Shown: positions 1 to 13,264 of the stretch, in pieces
How the letters are laid out: each line of letters starts with the position of its first letter
Position numbering within the stretch: position 1 is the stretch's first letter
Assembly (NCBI GenBank): GCA_034780895.1
Contig: JAUZTB010000127.1
Location: 29,022,144 to 29,086,143 of the forward strand
DNA length: 64,000 nucleotides
Source of the DNA: Rhynchobatus australiae
Lineage: Eukaryota
Reading direction: 5' to 3'
Translations under genes and position numbers: made by a program
The notes under the pieces: model-generated
The model's input: only the letters and a program-made list of their open reading frames with translations
The model's database searches: none
Told to the model about the DNA's origin: nothing

Positions 1-1244
1 GAATCAATAGATTTTAATCTTTATTTCTATTTGCCAGACACTAATCTGTAAGTCTAATTGTGACATATATTCTGGTGGTGTTTTCAGAACAATATTATTG
101 TTGAGTTAAAACTTTCTGCACATGGTTTCTTTACTGCATGTTAAGTAGGTTAATTGTGATAAGTTTGAACAACTGATATAACAACATTACCTTCTTCCAA
201 TCATTGTATTCCAGACTTTACTTTGTTGCTTCAAGGGAAGGTCACCTCCCCAGTTTTCTGTGCATGATCCATGTTTTTAGATGCACCCCGATCCCAGCCT
301 TGTGCTTTAATGTAAGTACGCTCTATGAAATGAGTTTTCTCATACTTTGTCAACATTAAACACATCAGTGGAGCTTGTTTGGAGCCTTGTAGTCATTAAG
401 TGTGGTGACAGCAATGGATAGGGGGAAGAAGGAAAGTGAGGGTGGGTTGACCCAAGGTTTTACTGCACAGTCTCCCAAGCCTAGTTTTACAAACATGTGG
501 ACATGGGAATAGAGGCAGCTTGCTTTTGCCCTCAAAAACATTGATGCAAAGTAATCTTGCACCACAAAAGTCCTGAGGTTTTTAAAAAAAAAAGGGAGTG
601 CTTCAGTTTTGTTAGCATTGTGATTAAGTCTTCCAATAATCATTCAGTTTTTGTTTTCCATTTCCCCACTCTCACCATCCATTTCACATCCCGATGCTGC
701 TGTTCCTGTGTCCGATGTCTTATGTGCAACTTGTCCATGGTATTGAGGAGCATTGGAGATGAGAGCCATGAAGATGCACGGTCATCTGCTCAGTTTATAT
801 TTGATCCCTGAGGTATCCCTGACATAGCCAGAGGAAACCCACATGATATGGATATAATGTTATGTGTGATAGGTAGTGGAAATGACTATCCAACATTTGG
901 TAGGTTTTGATCTTTTCGTTAAAATGTTTCATGCTTGTGAGCGATCCTTTTCATTTGTCATATCGGTGGCATTCAGCAGTATGATATGATGTTGGCCTCC
1001 TTTCATCGAGTTTTTTAATCATTTCCCTTGTATTTTCACCCAACCTGACTGGGCAATGCAGTGCGCTCTGGAACCTGGTCAGTGTCCCACTGATGTGCTG
1101 TTGGAAAAGGGTGCAGCCGTAGTCTTTGATGAATTGGGTTCATTTGGACCCTCCTCTTCTCTAGAGTTGACCTGGATTTCTGCTCATCAGTACCTCCTCA
1201 ACCCGTTACCGAGTTGGAAAATTTGCTAGTTGAAACACAAATTC

Positions 1245-1512
1245 TATACACTCCAAAGTCTCTCTGTTCTACAACATTCCCCAAGACCCTACCATTTACT
1301 GTGAATGTCCTACCTTGATTTGACTTTCCAAAATGCAATACCTCACACTTATCTGAATTAAACTCCATTTGCCAAACCTTGTCCACTCACCCAGTTGATC
1401 AAGATCCCCCTGTAATCTTTGATTTTGAATCTGTATGCCACCTATTTTAATATCATCTGCAGACTTACTAACTATGCCTTGTACATTCTCATCCAAATCA
1501 TTGATATAGATA
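1245..1512 (-). mobile_element. CR1-type LINE fragment, reverse transcriptase region (degenerate)
   Basis: Minus-strand translations IYINDLDENVQGIVSKSADDIKIGG (decayed FADD motif), LQGDLDQLGEW and WQMEFNSDKCEVLHFGKSN are typical CR1 ORF2; frameshifted. Confidence 0.9.
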
Positions 1513-1728
1513 CGATTCTTCTTCACTGCCAGTGAAGATTTGAGGCTTGCCACTGGTTCTGTCCATTGGTAGGAAAATGAAAGCAATTGTCTTGCAGCTA
1601 GAGCCTCCTTAAGTATTCAGCCCCATCCAGTCACCCATCACGTGATCTCACTGCACTCCCTGATACTGCTGCTCCTGACGCCGCACACCTTTACTCCAGA
1701 CCAGCAGCTTACCTGCTTTCTTCTAGAG

Positions 1729-1860
1729 GAATTGGAATTGGTGTGTCATTGTCACATGTACCAAAGTACAGTGAAAAGCTTGTTCTGTATGAACAGTATG
1801 CAAGGCAAACTTTTCACTACAGCTCAGTACATGTGGAATTAGAATTGGTTTATTATTGTC
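1729..1860 (-). mobile_element. Two short LINE 3' tail fragments (Rex1/Babar-like)
   Basis: gaattggaattggt..tgtcacatgtaccaaagtacagtgaaaagc and gaattagaattggtttattattgtc resemble the reverse complement of the tail at 42810-42890. Confidence 0.5.
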
Positions 1861-4800
1861 CCAAGAAGAAAGCAAGTAAGATGCTGCTCAGGAGAAGCAG
1901 TATCAGGGGGTGGAATGGGGAAGCTGACTGAAAGGTTCATGTGTATGAAAGTCCATCTGTCACACACAGCTGCTTGAGCTGCCAGGTTCCCTGATGCAAA
2001 ACTCGCGCATGTTTTGAGGCACAGAACTCCTAGGCTGGAGAGTGCGGAATGTTGTTACACAACAGAAGTTGTATTCTGATAGCCTACAAATATCAAATGG
2101 TACACAAATCTGATAACATGTATACCTTCTGCCCACTTTTTAAACAGTTTCCCTCCCCTTTTAGAGGACCAATTTGTATACTCAATGCCAGGGAATTTAA
2201 ACACTGCATGAAAGGTTCCTAAAGTGAAATGAAGTGAAAAGGTATCATGATTTGAGTTCTGCAGTTGGATTTACCACAAGGCTTTTCAATGTACCTACCT
2301 TCTAATTTTAGCAGCATCAAATATCAAGATCATTCAAAACAGTTAATGTGTTTCCCAAAGTACAAACAGCCAATTTACTTAATAGATAAAAAATGAGGGT
2401 CCAGGTGCAACTGAAAAAGTAACAAATACTTTATGTATAGATATACATACAGCCTTCATAAGTTAAGAATATATTTGTTTGGGGCAATTGAATTAGACAG
2501 TGAGCATTCAATACCATAATGTAGATTGTAACCCCACACTAATGGTATTCCAGACTCAATCTTTTGATCACTATTGCAATAGTATCAACCATCCATTGCC
2601 TTCCCTTTTAGACAAGCAACTCCATTCTGATCAGTTGGGAAGGGAGAACAACCAGCTCTAATACTAGACCACCCTGCTGGCAGTAGCAACCACTGACCTT
2701 CTATTCGTGTCTTCTCTGGATTTGGTGAAATGTTAATTAGAGAAAGGTGGTGCAGGTGCCTTCCTGAAGTCAAGGAAGATTGCATTGGGAGCATAAGGTA
2801 CTGCATACCCACCTTGATGGGTGTCAAATGTGTTCAGAATTGGTTTATTATTATCCATTCTAAAGCATCCAAAATTATGAGTTGCAAATACAAAATATAT
2901 TTATTTTATTGGCAGTTGTCATGGCATAGTATTCTGGAGCATCAACAGTTAGGACTTTACCCGGCTAAATACCAATCCCTGCCATGAAATCATGGTGTGT
3001 TTCCCAGCACTCAAATATATGCCAGATCACTAATCAGTGCCACAGATGGCGGTCAGTCTCCAACCTGCTCCTGTCAGCATAGCTCATAAAGAACTCATAA
3101 TTGCATTAGATTACTTTAAAATGAAAATGGCTGGGTACTCAATGACCAGCCAGGACATTAAATAGCCAAGGTACAAAAAGAACACTTTTATTTAAAATGC
3201 TGTAAATGGTATAATTTTGTTTGTATGAGTATAATAAGTAGCATCAATGATCCACTACAAATAATCGGGAAACATAACTGAACATGCTGGCAAATATTAC
3301 AAGGCCAGGAGAACAGAGGGCAAGCCTTTTCATTTGAATGTTGAGTAGTATTTTTAGCTGCAGGGTTGGTAGTAATTAGATGGTGGAATACATTTCAGTA
3401 TTTGTTTTGTCTACAGTAGAGAAAACTCTTTCTCTTGGTTCATTGTATGACAGCCACGAAGATCGGTTTCAGATGTTTTGCAGAGTTTTTTTATGCTGGT
3501 TAACTATCCCACTGGTGGAGCAGCACAACCTGTACATATGGTGAAAAATGGGGCTCACACACTACCCCCAAATGCCAGATGTTAAAGCTCTACTGCCTGT
3601 GACTTCATCCTGTATTCAGGCTTCTGCATCATTTTGCTAACCGAAGTGAATGAGTTCAAGGAAAGCGAAATATGATCAAAGTTCAGCTCCTGTGGAATTG
3701 GTTAAAGTCACAGTCTCAAGCAGTTCTGCTCTCCAAAACTGAAGATGAAACATTTGAAAAAATTAGCTTCCCCTGCCTGAAGCCCTGATGTCTCAAATGA
3801 TTTAAAATTCAATTCTCTGCAACAGCTGATAGTGGAAAATAAATACAAGAAAAATTTAAGTGCAGAAGCAAACCATTTGGCCCACCTGGTTTATGCTGGC
3901 CTTTACATTCAAAACAAGTGCTGTCAACCGTATTTCTTTTAACCTTATCACTATACCCTTCAGTAACTTTCTCTTTCATGTTTTTATCTAATTTGCCATA
4001 AAATGCATTAACAGTACCTCAGAATATACTCCACAAGATGAACTATATTCTCAGTATATGAATTTCAATCTCAGATTTATTGAGCACTTTGCTCTCAAGA
4101 AAGCATATGCTAGTTTCTTTTTTAAACGGTTATCATTGTATCTCCTTCCTGCCCTGCTTTGTGGTAGGATATCACCGGGGCTGGAGCATCTGCTCTACAG
4201 CTGTTCTGTGTAATCTTCCATAGAATTCTTGCTCAAGTTTTTATTTTCCTTTCTAGTAGCAAGTTGAGAAATGTACAGAATGCAACTGGAACACAAGAAG
4301 GAGTTCCAGTTCCATTCCAAATGCCCAGCACTGAAGAACCTTCATAAATATATTATGTAGTCAGTAATCAGTTAGGTTTTCATGGCTACTGTTACAGTTT
4401 GAGGATTTTATGATTAGATGTTTAGTTTGGAGCCAGCATTACTGACACATTCCAGCAAGTAGACTTTCTATGCCTTATGAAACAAAGTGTGCCTTCACAT
4501 CTCCAATATCCAAGTAAATGTAACAATACCCAAAGTTCAAACAGAGAATCCTCAACTGCAGATGCACTACCTCCTTAACTGCAACTGGTGAAAAATAAAC
4601 TTGATCACGTTATAGCTTAGTTTACCCACCACAATACAAAAGCAAATAGGTGAGCATTTCCTTTCCTTCCTCCTTGTCAAAAATAATAGTTTCCCCTGCA
4701 ATAACCCCTACAGGAATGTTACCAACAAAATTCAGAAAGTTGTTTACACCAGCATGGACTCTCAGACCACCTTCATCGCTTGGATAGTCTCAGCTCCAAA

Positions 4801-5211
4801 TTCCTTTTGACTATTTCCAAAAAACAATTAATTCTCATTACCAAATTAGATTATCAGCTTTCAAAGGATTTGGGCAGGTTCTTTAGTGTTAATCCTTTGA
4901 AGGTCAAGATCTGTGATTATAGGAAGTTATCACTTTCTATACGTTATAGAAGGTGTTGCCAGGGACAGAAGCTAAAAGTTCCTATTTTGAGCCACACCCC
5001 TGATAACTTCTGGAAACAGAAGTCAGTAAATATCAGCCCATTAAATGGTCTTTGTATTAGCCAGGCTTGCCTATGAAAATAAATTAATATTGATAAAACA
5101 TCCTATTAAGTCATCCTGGGGGTTATCTGCACTGTGAGAAATCAGCTAACTGTAATGAATGAACTCATTGTGTACTGTGACCAGCAGGAAAAAAAATCTG
5201 ATTAAATAACC

Positions 5212-5547
5212 TGGTCTAGCTCAGTAACAGTACTCTTGCCACTGAGCCAGAAGTCAATGGGTTCAAGTGTGACTCCAGTGGAATATCAGATTCGACACAC
5301 CAGTACAACACTGAGGAAGTGATGCAACATCAAACTTAAACTGAAGCCCCATCTACTCCCCAAGGTGAACATAAAAGATGCCATGATGTTACTAGAAGCA
5401 CAGCTGGGGTCTCCTCCCTCATGTCCTGGCCAATAATTCTGCCTCAGCCAAAACTACTTAAAACCGATTATCTGGCCTTTATCTCATTGCTGCTTGTGGG
5501 TTCTTACAGTGCCCAAATTGCCTGCTGTGATTGTATGTCATAGCTAG
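5212..5547 (+). mobile_element. Deu-domain SINE (SacSINE1/AmnSINE1-like)
   Basis: tRNA-like head (gctcagt..actcttgcc..ctgag..gggttcaag) followed by Deu-like core gtcctggccaata..cctcagcca..gattatctgg..atctcattgctg..gtggg. Confidence 0.75.
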
Positions 5548-7449
5548 NNNNNNNNNNNNNNNNNNNNNNNNNNNNNNNNNNNNNNNNNNNNNNNNNNNNN
5601 NNNNNNNNNNNNNNNNNNNNNNNNNNNNNNNNNNNNNNNNNNNNNNNTCTGAAAAAATTGAAACCATGGTGCACAATCTTTCTCCAAACATTTTATATAA
5701 CTGAAAATTATTTCCAAGAGTACCATTAGAATATATGGCTGCAACGTAACTCAATGTGCAAATATATATTGTAAGTATCTTACAACCAACTTCATTTATA
5801 TTCTTAAATCCAGATGCTGTATTGTAAATGCAACCTAACTAATAGTATTATAATAAACACACACTTCCAACAGGAACTAAAAGTTAAAACAGATTTCCTA
5901 TACATTCTTCCCTCATTACCTTCAAAATAAAACTGATAATAATTGACTCAGCTAAACACATACTGCTACCACATTTGAATCCCTAGTGAGCCTAGCCAGA
6001 ATTGAGCTCCATTTATTTACTTTGAACTCCACGGTATGTATAGGATTACAGTGGATTGCTTTACACAGAAGGATAATATTTCAAGATTGTAACAAAAACA
6101 GTTATAATTTTAATAGCCAGACACAAACTCATCAGAGCCTCCAGGCTGTCCCTGCCTNNNNNNNNNNNNNNNNNNNNNNNNNNNNNNNNNNNNNNNNNNN
6201 NNNNNNNNNNNNNNNNNNNNNNNNNNNNNNNNNNNNNNNNNNNNNNNNNNNNNNNNNTCCCTGCCTTTATTTTGTAAGTTTGCAGATTAACAGTTGTACT
6301 TGCAGGCATGTTTAACCTTTGTTGTGTCAGTCTTATGTAAGACTCCTTGAAGACTCCACAATACTGATGCTCGGATCCCCCAGACATTAAACTAATTTGC
6401 TGAATATTCTGTTTGTACTTGTAAAAAAATTAACATAATGTAGTCCTACTCCATTCTGTGAGTTTGCATTTTTCCCACAATCAAAACCAGAATATCAAAC
6501 TCTCATATACCGCAAATGGAAAATACGAAGAATACGTACAATGTGATTTAAATTAATTGATGTCACTTTCTGCAAAAAAAAAACAGATGCTCCCTTCCAG
6601 ATGTAAATGAGGTTTTTCCACTGCGAAAAAACCATCCATCTATAAAAAGACAGCCCTGTAAATTCTCCCGGCTCTTGTGTATACAAATTTTCTTCATTAG
6701 AGGACTTTAAGTTGATCTCATGAATTTGAAGAGCTTATATTGGCAGAGATCAAATCAAAGTGCAGGAAAGGTACAGTGTGTATCTAGTGCAGATGGGTTA
6801 ATTTTTTTGCTTAGTATTAGCTGAAGATTTTTTATATAATTTAACACATGGCTTATTCTCTGTNNNNNNNNNNNNNNNNNNNNNNNNNNNNNNNNNNNNN
6901 NNNNNNNNNNNNNNNNNNNNNNNNNNNNNNNNNNNNNNNNNNNNNNNNNNNNNNNNNNNNNNNCCCCGCCCTCCCCCGGCCCCTACCTCACACTCCAACC
7001 ACTCCCTCCCACGGCCCCGCCTCACACTCCTTACCACCCACCACCCACCTTCTCCCCAGCTGGATGGTCAATGCTTTGTATCATTCCCCAGCTGCTTTGA
7101 AATGTGCAGTAACAAAATTCTAACACACCTCATTGTGTCTCATTTTTGTCCAAGGCACAGACAGGTGAGTTTCCCCAATGGAATATGGAAAAAAATCTAC
7201 TCCAGGTGTTGTATTGGCAAGGCAAATGAAATCATATCATCCTATTACTAAAGCACCTCCACAGTACATGAAGCATTCCAAGTAATGAGGAAATAAAGCA
7301 AGCAGAGAGCCAAAGGTGGAATTTTGGGTTATGAAGGTGTATGCTTCCAGGAAGGAGGAAAAGCTGTCACTGGGTATACTGGAGATATATGGAACAGATG
7401 TGAACACAAGAAAGAATGATAGAAAGAATGAACTAACACTCAGAGCACC

Positions 7450-7722
7450 TCGGAGCTTAGCATTGTCTCAAAGTATTTCACAATCAATGAGGTATTTTTG
7501 AAGTATAATTGCAGTAATTACATAGGAATATGATATATAGTAAGATAATTTTGATTAAGTGATTGGTTAAGTGACTAAGATGCTGATAAAACTCCCTTGT
7601 TTGACCATAGTGTGATACCACAGGATCAAGAGAGTCTTGCTTAACATCTCATCTGGATAAAGATACTTTCGAGAGTGCAGAATTCCCTTAGTGTTGTTCT
7701 GAGTTGCCAGCCTAGATGTATC
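7450..7722 (-). mobile_element. Degenerate Deu-domain SINE
   Basis: Reverse-complement similarity to the 5212 and 8905 copies (ttaacatctcatc, gagagtgcag..ttcccttagtg, cagcctagat). Confidence 0.5.
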
Positions 7723-7724
7723 AT

Positions 7725-8265
7725 TTAAGGAAGGATGTGCAGACATTGGAAGCAGTTCAGAGAAATTTACCAGACATACACTTAAAATGGTGGATTGTCT
7801 TATGAGGTAAGATTGAAGAGGCTAGGCTTGTGTCCACTGGAGTTTAGAAGAGTGAGAAGTAACAATTAAAACAGATAAGATTTCAAATAAAATGTCTAAT
7901 ATCCTGAGAAATCTTGAAAGGGTCTTGGTGGAGAGGATGTTTTTCTCTTGTGGTAGAATTTACAACCAGGGGTCATTGTCTAAAAATAAGATATAACCTA
8001 TTTAGGCATAAATAAGGTCATCTTTTTTCTCTTGGAGGGTTGTGAGTTTTTGGAACTCTTTTTTCCAATGGACAGTGGAAGTCGATGTTTTTTTGAAAAC
8101 TTATAAGGCAAAGTTAGATAGATTCTTAATGGGCAAGGCATGAAAAATTATTAGGATTAGGCAAGGATATGGAGTTCAGGTTAGAGTAAGATTAACATTA
8201 TTCAAAAGCAGAACAGCATTAAGGGCCAAGTGGCATACTCCTGCTGCTAATTTGTATGTTATATT
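7725..8265 (+). mobile_element. CR1 LINE 3' fragment
   Basis: aaggatgtg..ttggaagcagttcagagaa..ttatgagg..gctaggcttgt..ctggagtttagaaga..cttggagggttgtgagtttttggaactct; CR1 ORF2 end and tail. Confidence 0.8.
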
Positions 8266-8904
8266 CATGGGGTTTGAACATGCAATCTTGTGCAGCAGAA
8301 AGGAACATTTTACTGCCAAAGCACAGCTATTAGCTATGCAGGAAATCTGCAAGATCACCTTACCAGATAGTACAGCTCCATGCAGCATCCTCCCATGCAA
8401 ATTAAAAAAGAGAAATATTTCTGAGAATATTTCTAAATTATGGGAAAAACTGTATTAATTTGTTCCACCAAAACCACACTTACATGTGACGCGTTATAAA
8501 GACATGTGGAAACTATCTCATGATTTCTCACAGTCTTTCCTTGGGAACACAGTACAAGACAGTAAACAACCAACCCCATCCATCTGGTTATTAACTTTAG
8601 TTACAATATTCTTTAATATAATTTCTGCCAAACATATATCTATTGACCTTATGAAATTTATAGTATTGTGTAAACCAGACACATGCTGGCCCTTGCAGGT
8701 GGACCATGAAGGAAAGACAGGACATACACAATCTCCATAGAGAAATGGAATAGGAATAGAAGTGTCATGGACAACGTTGACATTTACCACGATGGCTCAG
8801 TGGAGTCAACAGGGTAGAAGCCAGTATGAACAGATTCAAACAATGGAATAGTGATCATGATGCATATACCTCCTTTGGAGAAGACCTACTTTGGGTCTGT
8901 GACT

Positions 8905-9312
8905 CTGGCTCAGAGGGAAGCACTCTTGCTTTTGAAATAGGACATAATGGGTTCAATCCCCATTCCTGAAACTTGAGTACACTGTTACAGTACAGGTGCT
9001 TCAGTGAAAAATTGATGGCAATGAAATTGAGATGTTAAATTAGTGCTCAATCTGCTCTCTGAAGTGGATGCAAGGGTGACATGCCACAATCTCAAGGACA
9101 AACAAGTGAGTTAAGCTGGTCAGTCTTTAACCCTCACTCAATATCACTGAAAGTAGTTATGATTATTATCACACTGAACCTTGATTCATCTGAATTGGTT
9201 GCTGTAGTTCATATCTTACTATGGTGGCTACACTACAAGCTGGTTCTTTGGGTGTAAAGCTTTTTGAGCATTTTGAAGTCAGTGATAACAAATTAGAAAT
9301 TGAAGCCTTTAT
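8905..9312 (+). mobile_element. Deu-domain SINE
   Basis: tggctcagagggaagcactcttgc..gggttcaatcccca..cttgag head and Deu-like body. Confidence 0.65.
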
Positions 9313-9402
9313 TTTCATGATCAGGGGCTGGAATAGCAGAGAACTTAGGGAAAAAGGCAACATTATGTTTTCTTAAAATCACAATTACTTTATAGCAAGA
9401 TG

Positions 9403-9518
9403 AATGGGTTCAATCCCCATTCCTGAAACTTGAGTACACTGTTACAGTACAGGTGCTTCAGTGAAAAATTAATGGCAATGAAATTGAGATGTTAAATTAG
9501 TGCTCATTTTGCTCTCTG
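9403..9518 (+). repeat. 116-bp direct duplicate of 8946-9061
   Basis: Manual alignment shows 3 mismatches in 116 bp, offset 457 bp. Confidence 0.95.
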
Positions 9519-10267
9519 TATTAAAGATTAACAAGAATGCAACTGTGCTTTAAGCTGCTGTCTTTTTGAAGATAGAAGCAATGCTCGCACATTCTGAAAT
9601 GCTTTAAGGTGTCCTTCAAGTCGGTTTGCAATTGAGAAAGAGCTGCTGAGCAGAGGTATGGTGTCTTCCCCAAGTATTAACAATTTTAAAGAGTTAAAGT
9701 ATTACTTTCAGTCAAGTCAGTGAGAGTTTCCTGAATTGCATTTGCATATCTCTAAGCAAACAGCTCATGGAGGTGTCTACGTAAATATGGGAATAGACAA
9801 CCTGCTCAATCAGAGTTTAAGAGAATAAGAGCTTGAGGCCATAAAATAATTTAAAGGAATTGTGAATCTATAGATTCTTTAGAGGATCTATAAACAGTCT
9901 CAACCGATAACTGTAATATCCTGTTCAAACATGATCAATTCAGGACTGAAATTATGGCATGCAATATCACATCTAGTTATAGTGTGTTCTCCATGTTGGA
10001 ACTGTTGATTAAGAAAATGGTATATTCCTGAAATAAGAAAGTTTGCCCTTGACTTAAAGACCTCAAATAAAGTAGACCACAACAAATGTGATCAATCATA
10101 TAGATGTGTGGACCTAGAAATTGTACTACACCTCAAAGAGCGTAGTAAACCATCAATGGTTGGCCTTGCATGCAACAGAATCAGCCTGGCACACTTTATG
10201 TTCACAAAGTCTTTTCCCTCGCAGAAGAAACCAGTTTAAGTGCAGACGGCAAATTGAGTTTTAAATC

Positions 10268-10478
10268 ACCTTAACTTGTCACCTCTGGCCTCTGTCTCAC
10301 AGCGCCCCCTCTCCTTTTCCTAATGGCAGTCTCCCCTCTCCACTCTTACTCTTCTTGCAGGATTAAGACCTGAAATGTCAACAATTCCTTTCTCCCACAG
10401 ATGCTGCTTGACCTGCTGAGTTCCTCCAGCAGATTGTTTATTGTTCCAGATCCCAGCATCTGCAGTCTCTTGTGTCTC
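10268..10478 (+). mobile_element. Penelope-like element 3' terminal fragment with TSD
   Basis: Ends cacagatgctgcttgacctgctgagttcctccagc..ccagcatctgcagtctcttgtgtctc; flanked by tgagttttaa(a/g)tc at 10255-10267 and 10479-10491. Confidence 0.8.
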
Positions 10479-11444
10479 TGAGTTTTAAGTCTATTTATAT
10501 ATTAAATATTCATTGAAATAAAGTCTGTCCAAGGATTGGACGTAAGCTCCATCAGTTTAATTTTAAGTATCAATGTATAACAGCAAAACAAAGTTTTCTT
10601 TGCCTAACCCACTCTGGCTAAATGGAATGATTTATTGGGGATTCATTTGAAAGGTGGTTTATTTATGTATTTTGTGTACCCTAAGGGAAGCAGTTGTAAT
10701 TAGACAATTTATACATTCCTTTGTTCCTCGTTGCAGCAAATGAACAAGCTGTGATTGGGTGATAGATTTCCTTGTGATCATCCGCAATGCTATTAGTCCC
10801 ACATGCTGATTGTGCTGCACCTGGCAGTCAAGGGCAGGCTTGGTGCCTCATTCCACGTTCTCAAATATGTGATCCGATCTAATCTGTACCCTTGGCCACC
10901 ACTTCCTACCATCAATCAGTGCTCACCCTCCCTTCCACAGATATAGAGACAAGAAAGAGACTGCTGGCTTGAAAGACAGCTAAACAACAATATCACTCAG
11001 TGCAGAGCCGCACTATGGTTTTGACACCAAGCAGATTAACAATAGGTGCCAGCCCACTAGTCAAAGACAAAGGGTTGCATCTAATCACGGTCAGATCATT
11101 GGCAAAAAAATTGGGACAGGAGATGATAAATATACAAGTCATCTTAAAGGGGAGTGGAAGCAAACTTGACTACAACTTTCAGAAAAGAATTGGATTGATA
11201 CTTGAAGAGAAAAATTCAGGACTTGGAGGGAAACAGGATGGGAATCAGATCAACTCAATAGTGACTTCACAAAGCAATGGAACAAATAGCCTCTTCCTGC
11301 ACTGTACGACTCTTTAGTTAATGGCATGCATGGAATGCAAGCATACAATATGGACTGCTCATCTCAACTAATCTCACAGCTGACTGTCACCCTTGTTGCA
11401 ATGTTGAGGCTTTAACCTGAGTGTCTGCCTGATGCATAATTGAG

Positions 11445-11590
11445 AGTCCTAGACCACTGAAACAGGCCCTTCGGCCCACCATGTCTATGCTAACTATGAA
11501 GTACATATCTATACTCATCCCATTTACCAATGCTCCATCCAGAACCTTCTATGCCTTAGCAATTTAAGTGCTCATCTAGAGACTTCTAAC
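11445..11590 (-). mobile_element. CR1 3' tail
   Basis: aacaggcccttcggcccaccatgtctatgc is the reverse complement of the elasmobranch CR1 tail. Confidence 0.7.
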
Positions 11591-12035
11591 TTATGATGTA
11601 AAAACCAACTCCTTCAACTGTTGGCTATTTAGCAAAATGAGTCAGGAATATAGGTGTCTAACCCATTTTCACAAGTTCCATTTCAGGTTTGTTTAAATTG
11701 CATCATCTTACAACTTGGTCCTTTGCTTACACAAAATACAATGGCCGAAGGTCCAATTTATACACCATGCTTTAGGCAACCATCTTCATCCAAACTGTGT
11801 CATAACCTATACAACAGCCCACCATTGTCCTCCCCTATTCAATCCCACCATGATGTCTGAAGGACCCAGTTTGTTCCTGGACTCTACATTGATAAGAGAC
11901 AAAAACCTAATTTTGCAGAAATAGACCTTGGTCCATGGAACAATGGATACGCTGCTTATATCACCTTATATGCCCTGGCAGCCAAGCACAGCAAACTTCA
12001 CAATCCTCAATTTGAGAAGCAATGCCTCAGATAAA

Positions 12036-12787
12036 TGAAAATCAAAAATCTGCAGATTCTGGAAATCTGAAATAAAAATAGAAAATGCTGGAAACACTCA
12101 CAGGGTCACGCAACATCTGCAGAAAGAAAAACGGTTAATGTTTCAGGTCAGAACGAGGAAAGAGAGAAAACAAGTTAGTTTTCAGATGGGGGGAGAGATC
12201 AGTAAAATAAAGAAAATGGCCTGTTCTGATACAGACAGGAGCCTGCACTGGGCTTTTAATTCACCATCCCACTTCCATCCTGACCTTTCTCTTTGTGACC
12301 TCCTGCACTATTACAAAGCCCAACACAAGCTTGAGGAACAATGCCTCATCTTCCATCTGAGCACGTTACAGTCTCAGTATCAAAATCTCCAACGGAACAA
12401 GACTCAATCTATCTTTCTGTCTATAGCAGAATTGGCCATTTCTGTCTGTCACTTATTTGGCTTATTTTTTCTTTTTCTATTTGTTCAACCTGATGTGACA
12501 GCCACGGACCACAGCCTTACAATTAGCAACACATTACACAAACAAGCTTAATTTGAACCTGCAGGCTACTTCACTGCAATATTTACTCTTTTGATCTCAC
12601 CTTTTCAGAGATATTCCCTTTGTTATACCCATCCCTCCCCCACCTTCTCCACTGTTGAAAATTAACTTGTTTTCTCCCTTTCCTAGTTCTAACAAAGGGT
12701 CCTAGACCTGAAACATTAACTGTTTCTCTTTCCACAGATGCTACTTGACCTGCCGAGTGCACCCAGCATTTTCTGTCTTTATATCAG
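12036..12787 (+). mobile_element. Penelope-like element remnant with inverted terminal copy and GIY-YIG C-terminus
   Basis: Translation FNSPSHFHPDLSLCDLLHYYKAQHKLEEQCLIFHLSTLQ matches the PLE endonuclease end; about 12065-12150 is the reverse complement of about 12700-12787. Confidence 0.85.
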
Positions 12788-12875
12788 GTAAACTTTGGCC
12801 CAATCGTGTTTCCGATTTCCACCACTATTACATAAAACTGACAGCCAAGACTTCTGCTAATTTCTGGGCCCGAAG

Positions 12876-13264
12876 TGTCATGGTTCTGAGTTCTGACTCT
12901 CAGTTTGGCTCCTTCAATGCCTCGTTGTACAGCACATGGATTCCATGCTGGACTGTTGGCATAATGACACACACCCAAGCCCCATCAGGGGCCTAGCATA
13001 AGTACCTGTGTTTCTCTAGCACTAGTTGCCAGAGTATTGGTTATACTTTGGCTCCTGGCTGCTTAGAATGTTCTACTCTAGAGCAATCCTGTGTTCTCTA
13101 TTCCTGTTTGAAGATTCAGTTTGTGTTGGGATTCCTACTCAGATCTCTGAGGCAAGATTCCTTCCAGCTGGTGTTTGGTCCTGAGGAAGTATCCTACTCC
13201 ACTCCTGTACCAGTATGCTACATTTGGGTTCTCTGTGAGCTTGCTCTTGCTTAACAGTGTGATA
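12876..13264 (+). mobile_element. Solo LTR, copy 1 (strand is relative to copy 2)
   Basis: Begins TGTCATGG, ends GTGTGATA (decayed TGACA); flanks cgaag/ccaag (4/5 TSD); homologous to 29575-30010. Confidence 0.8.
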
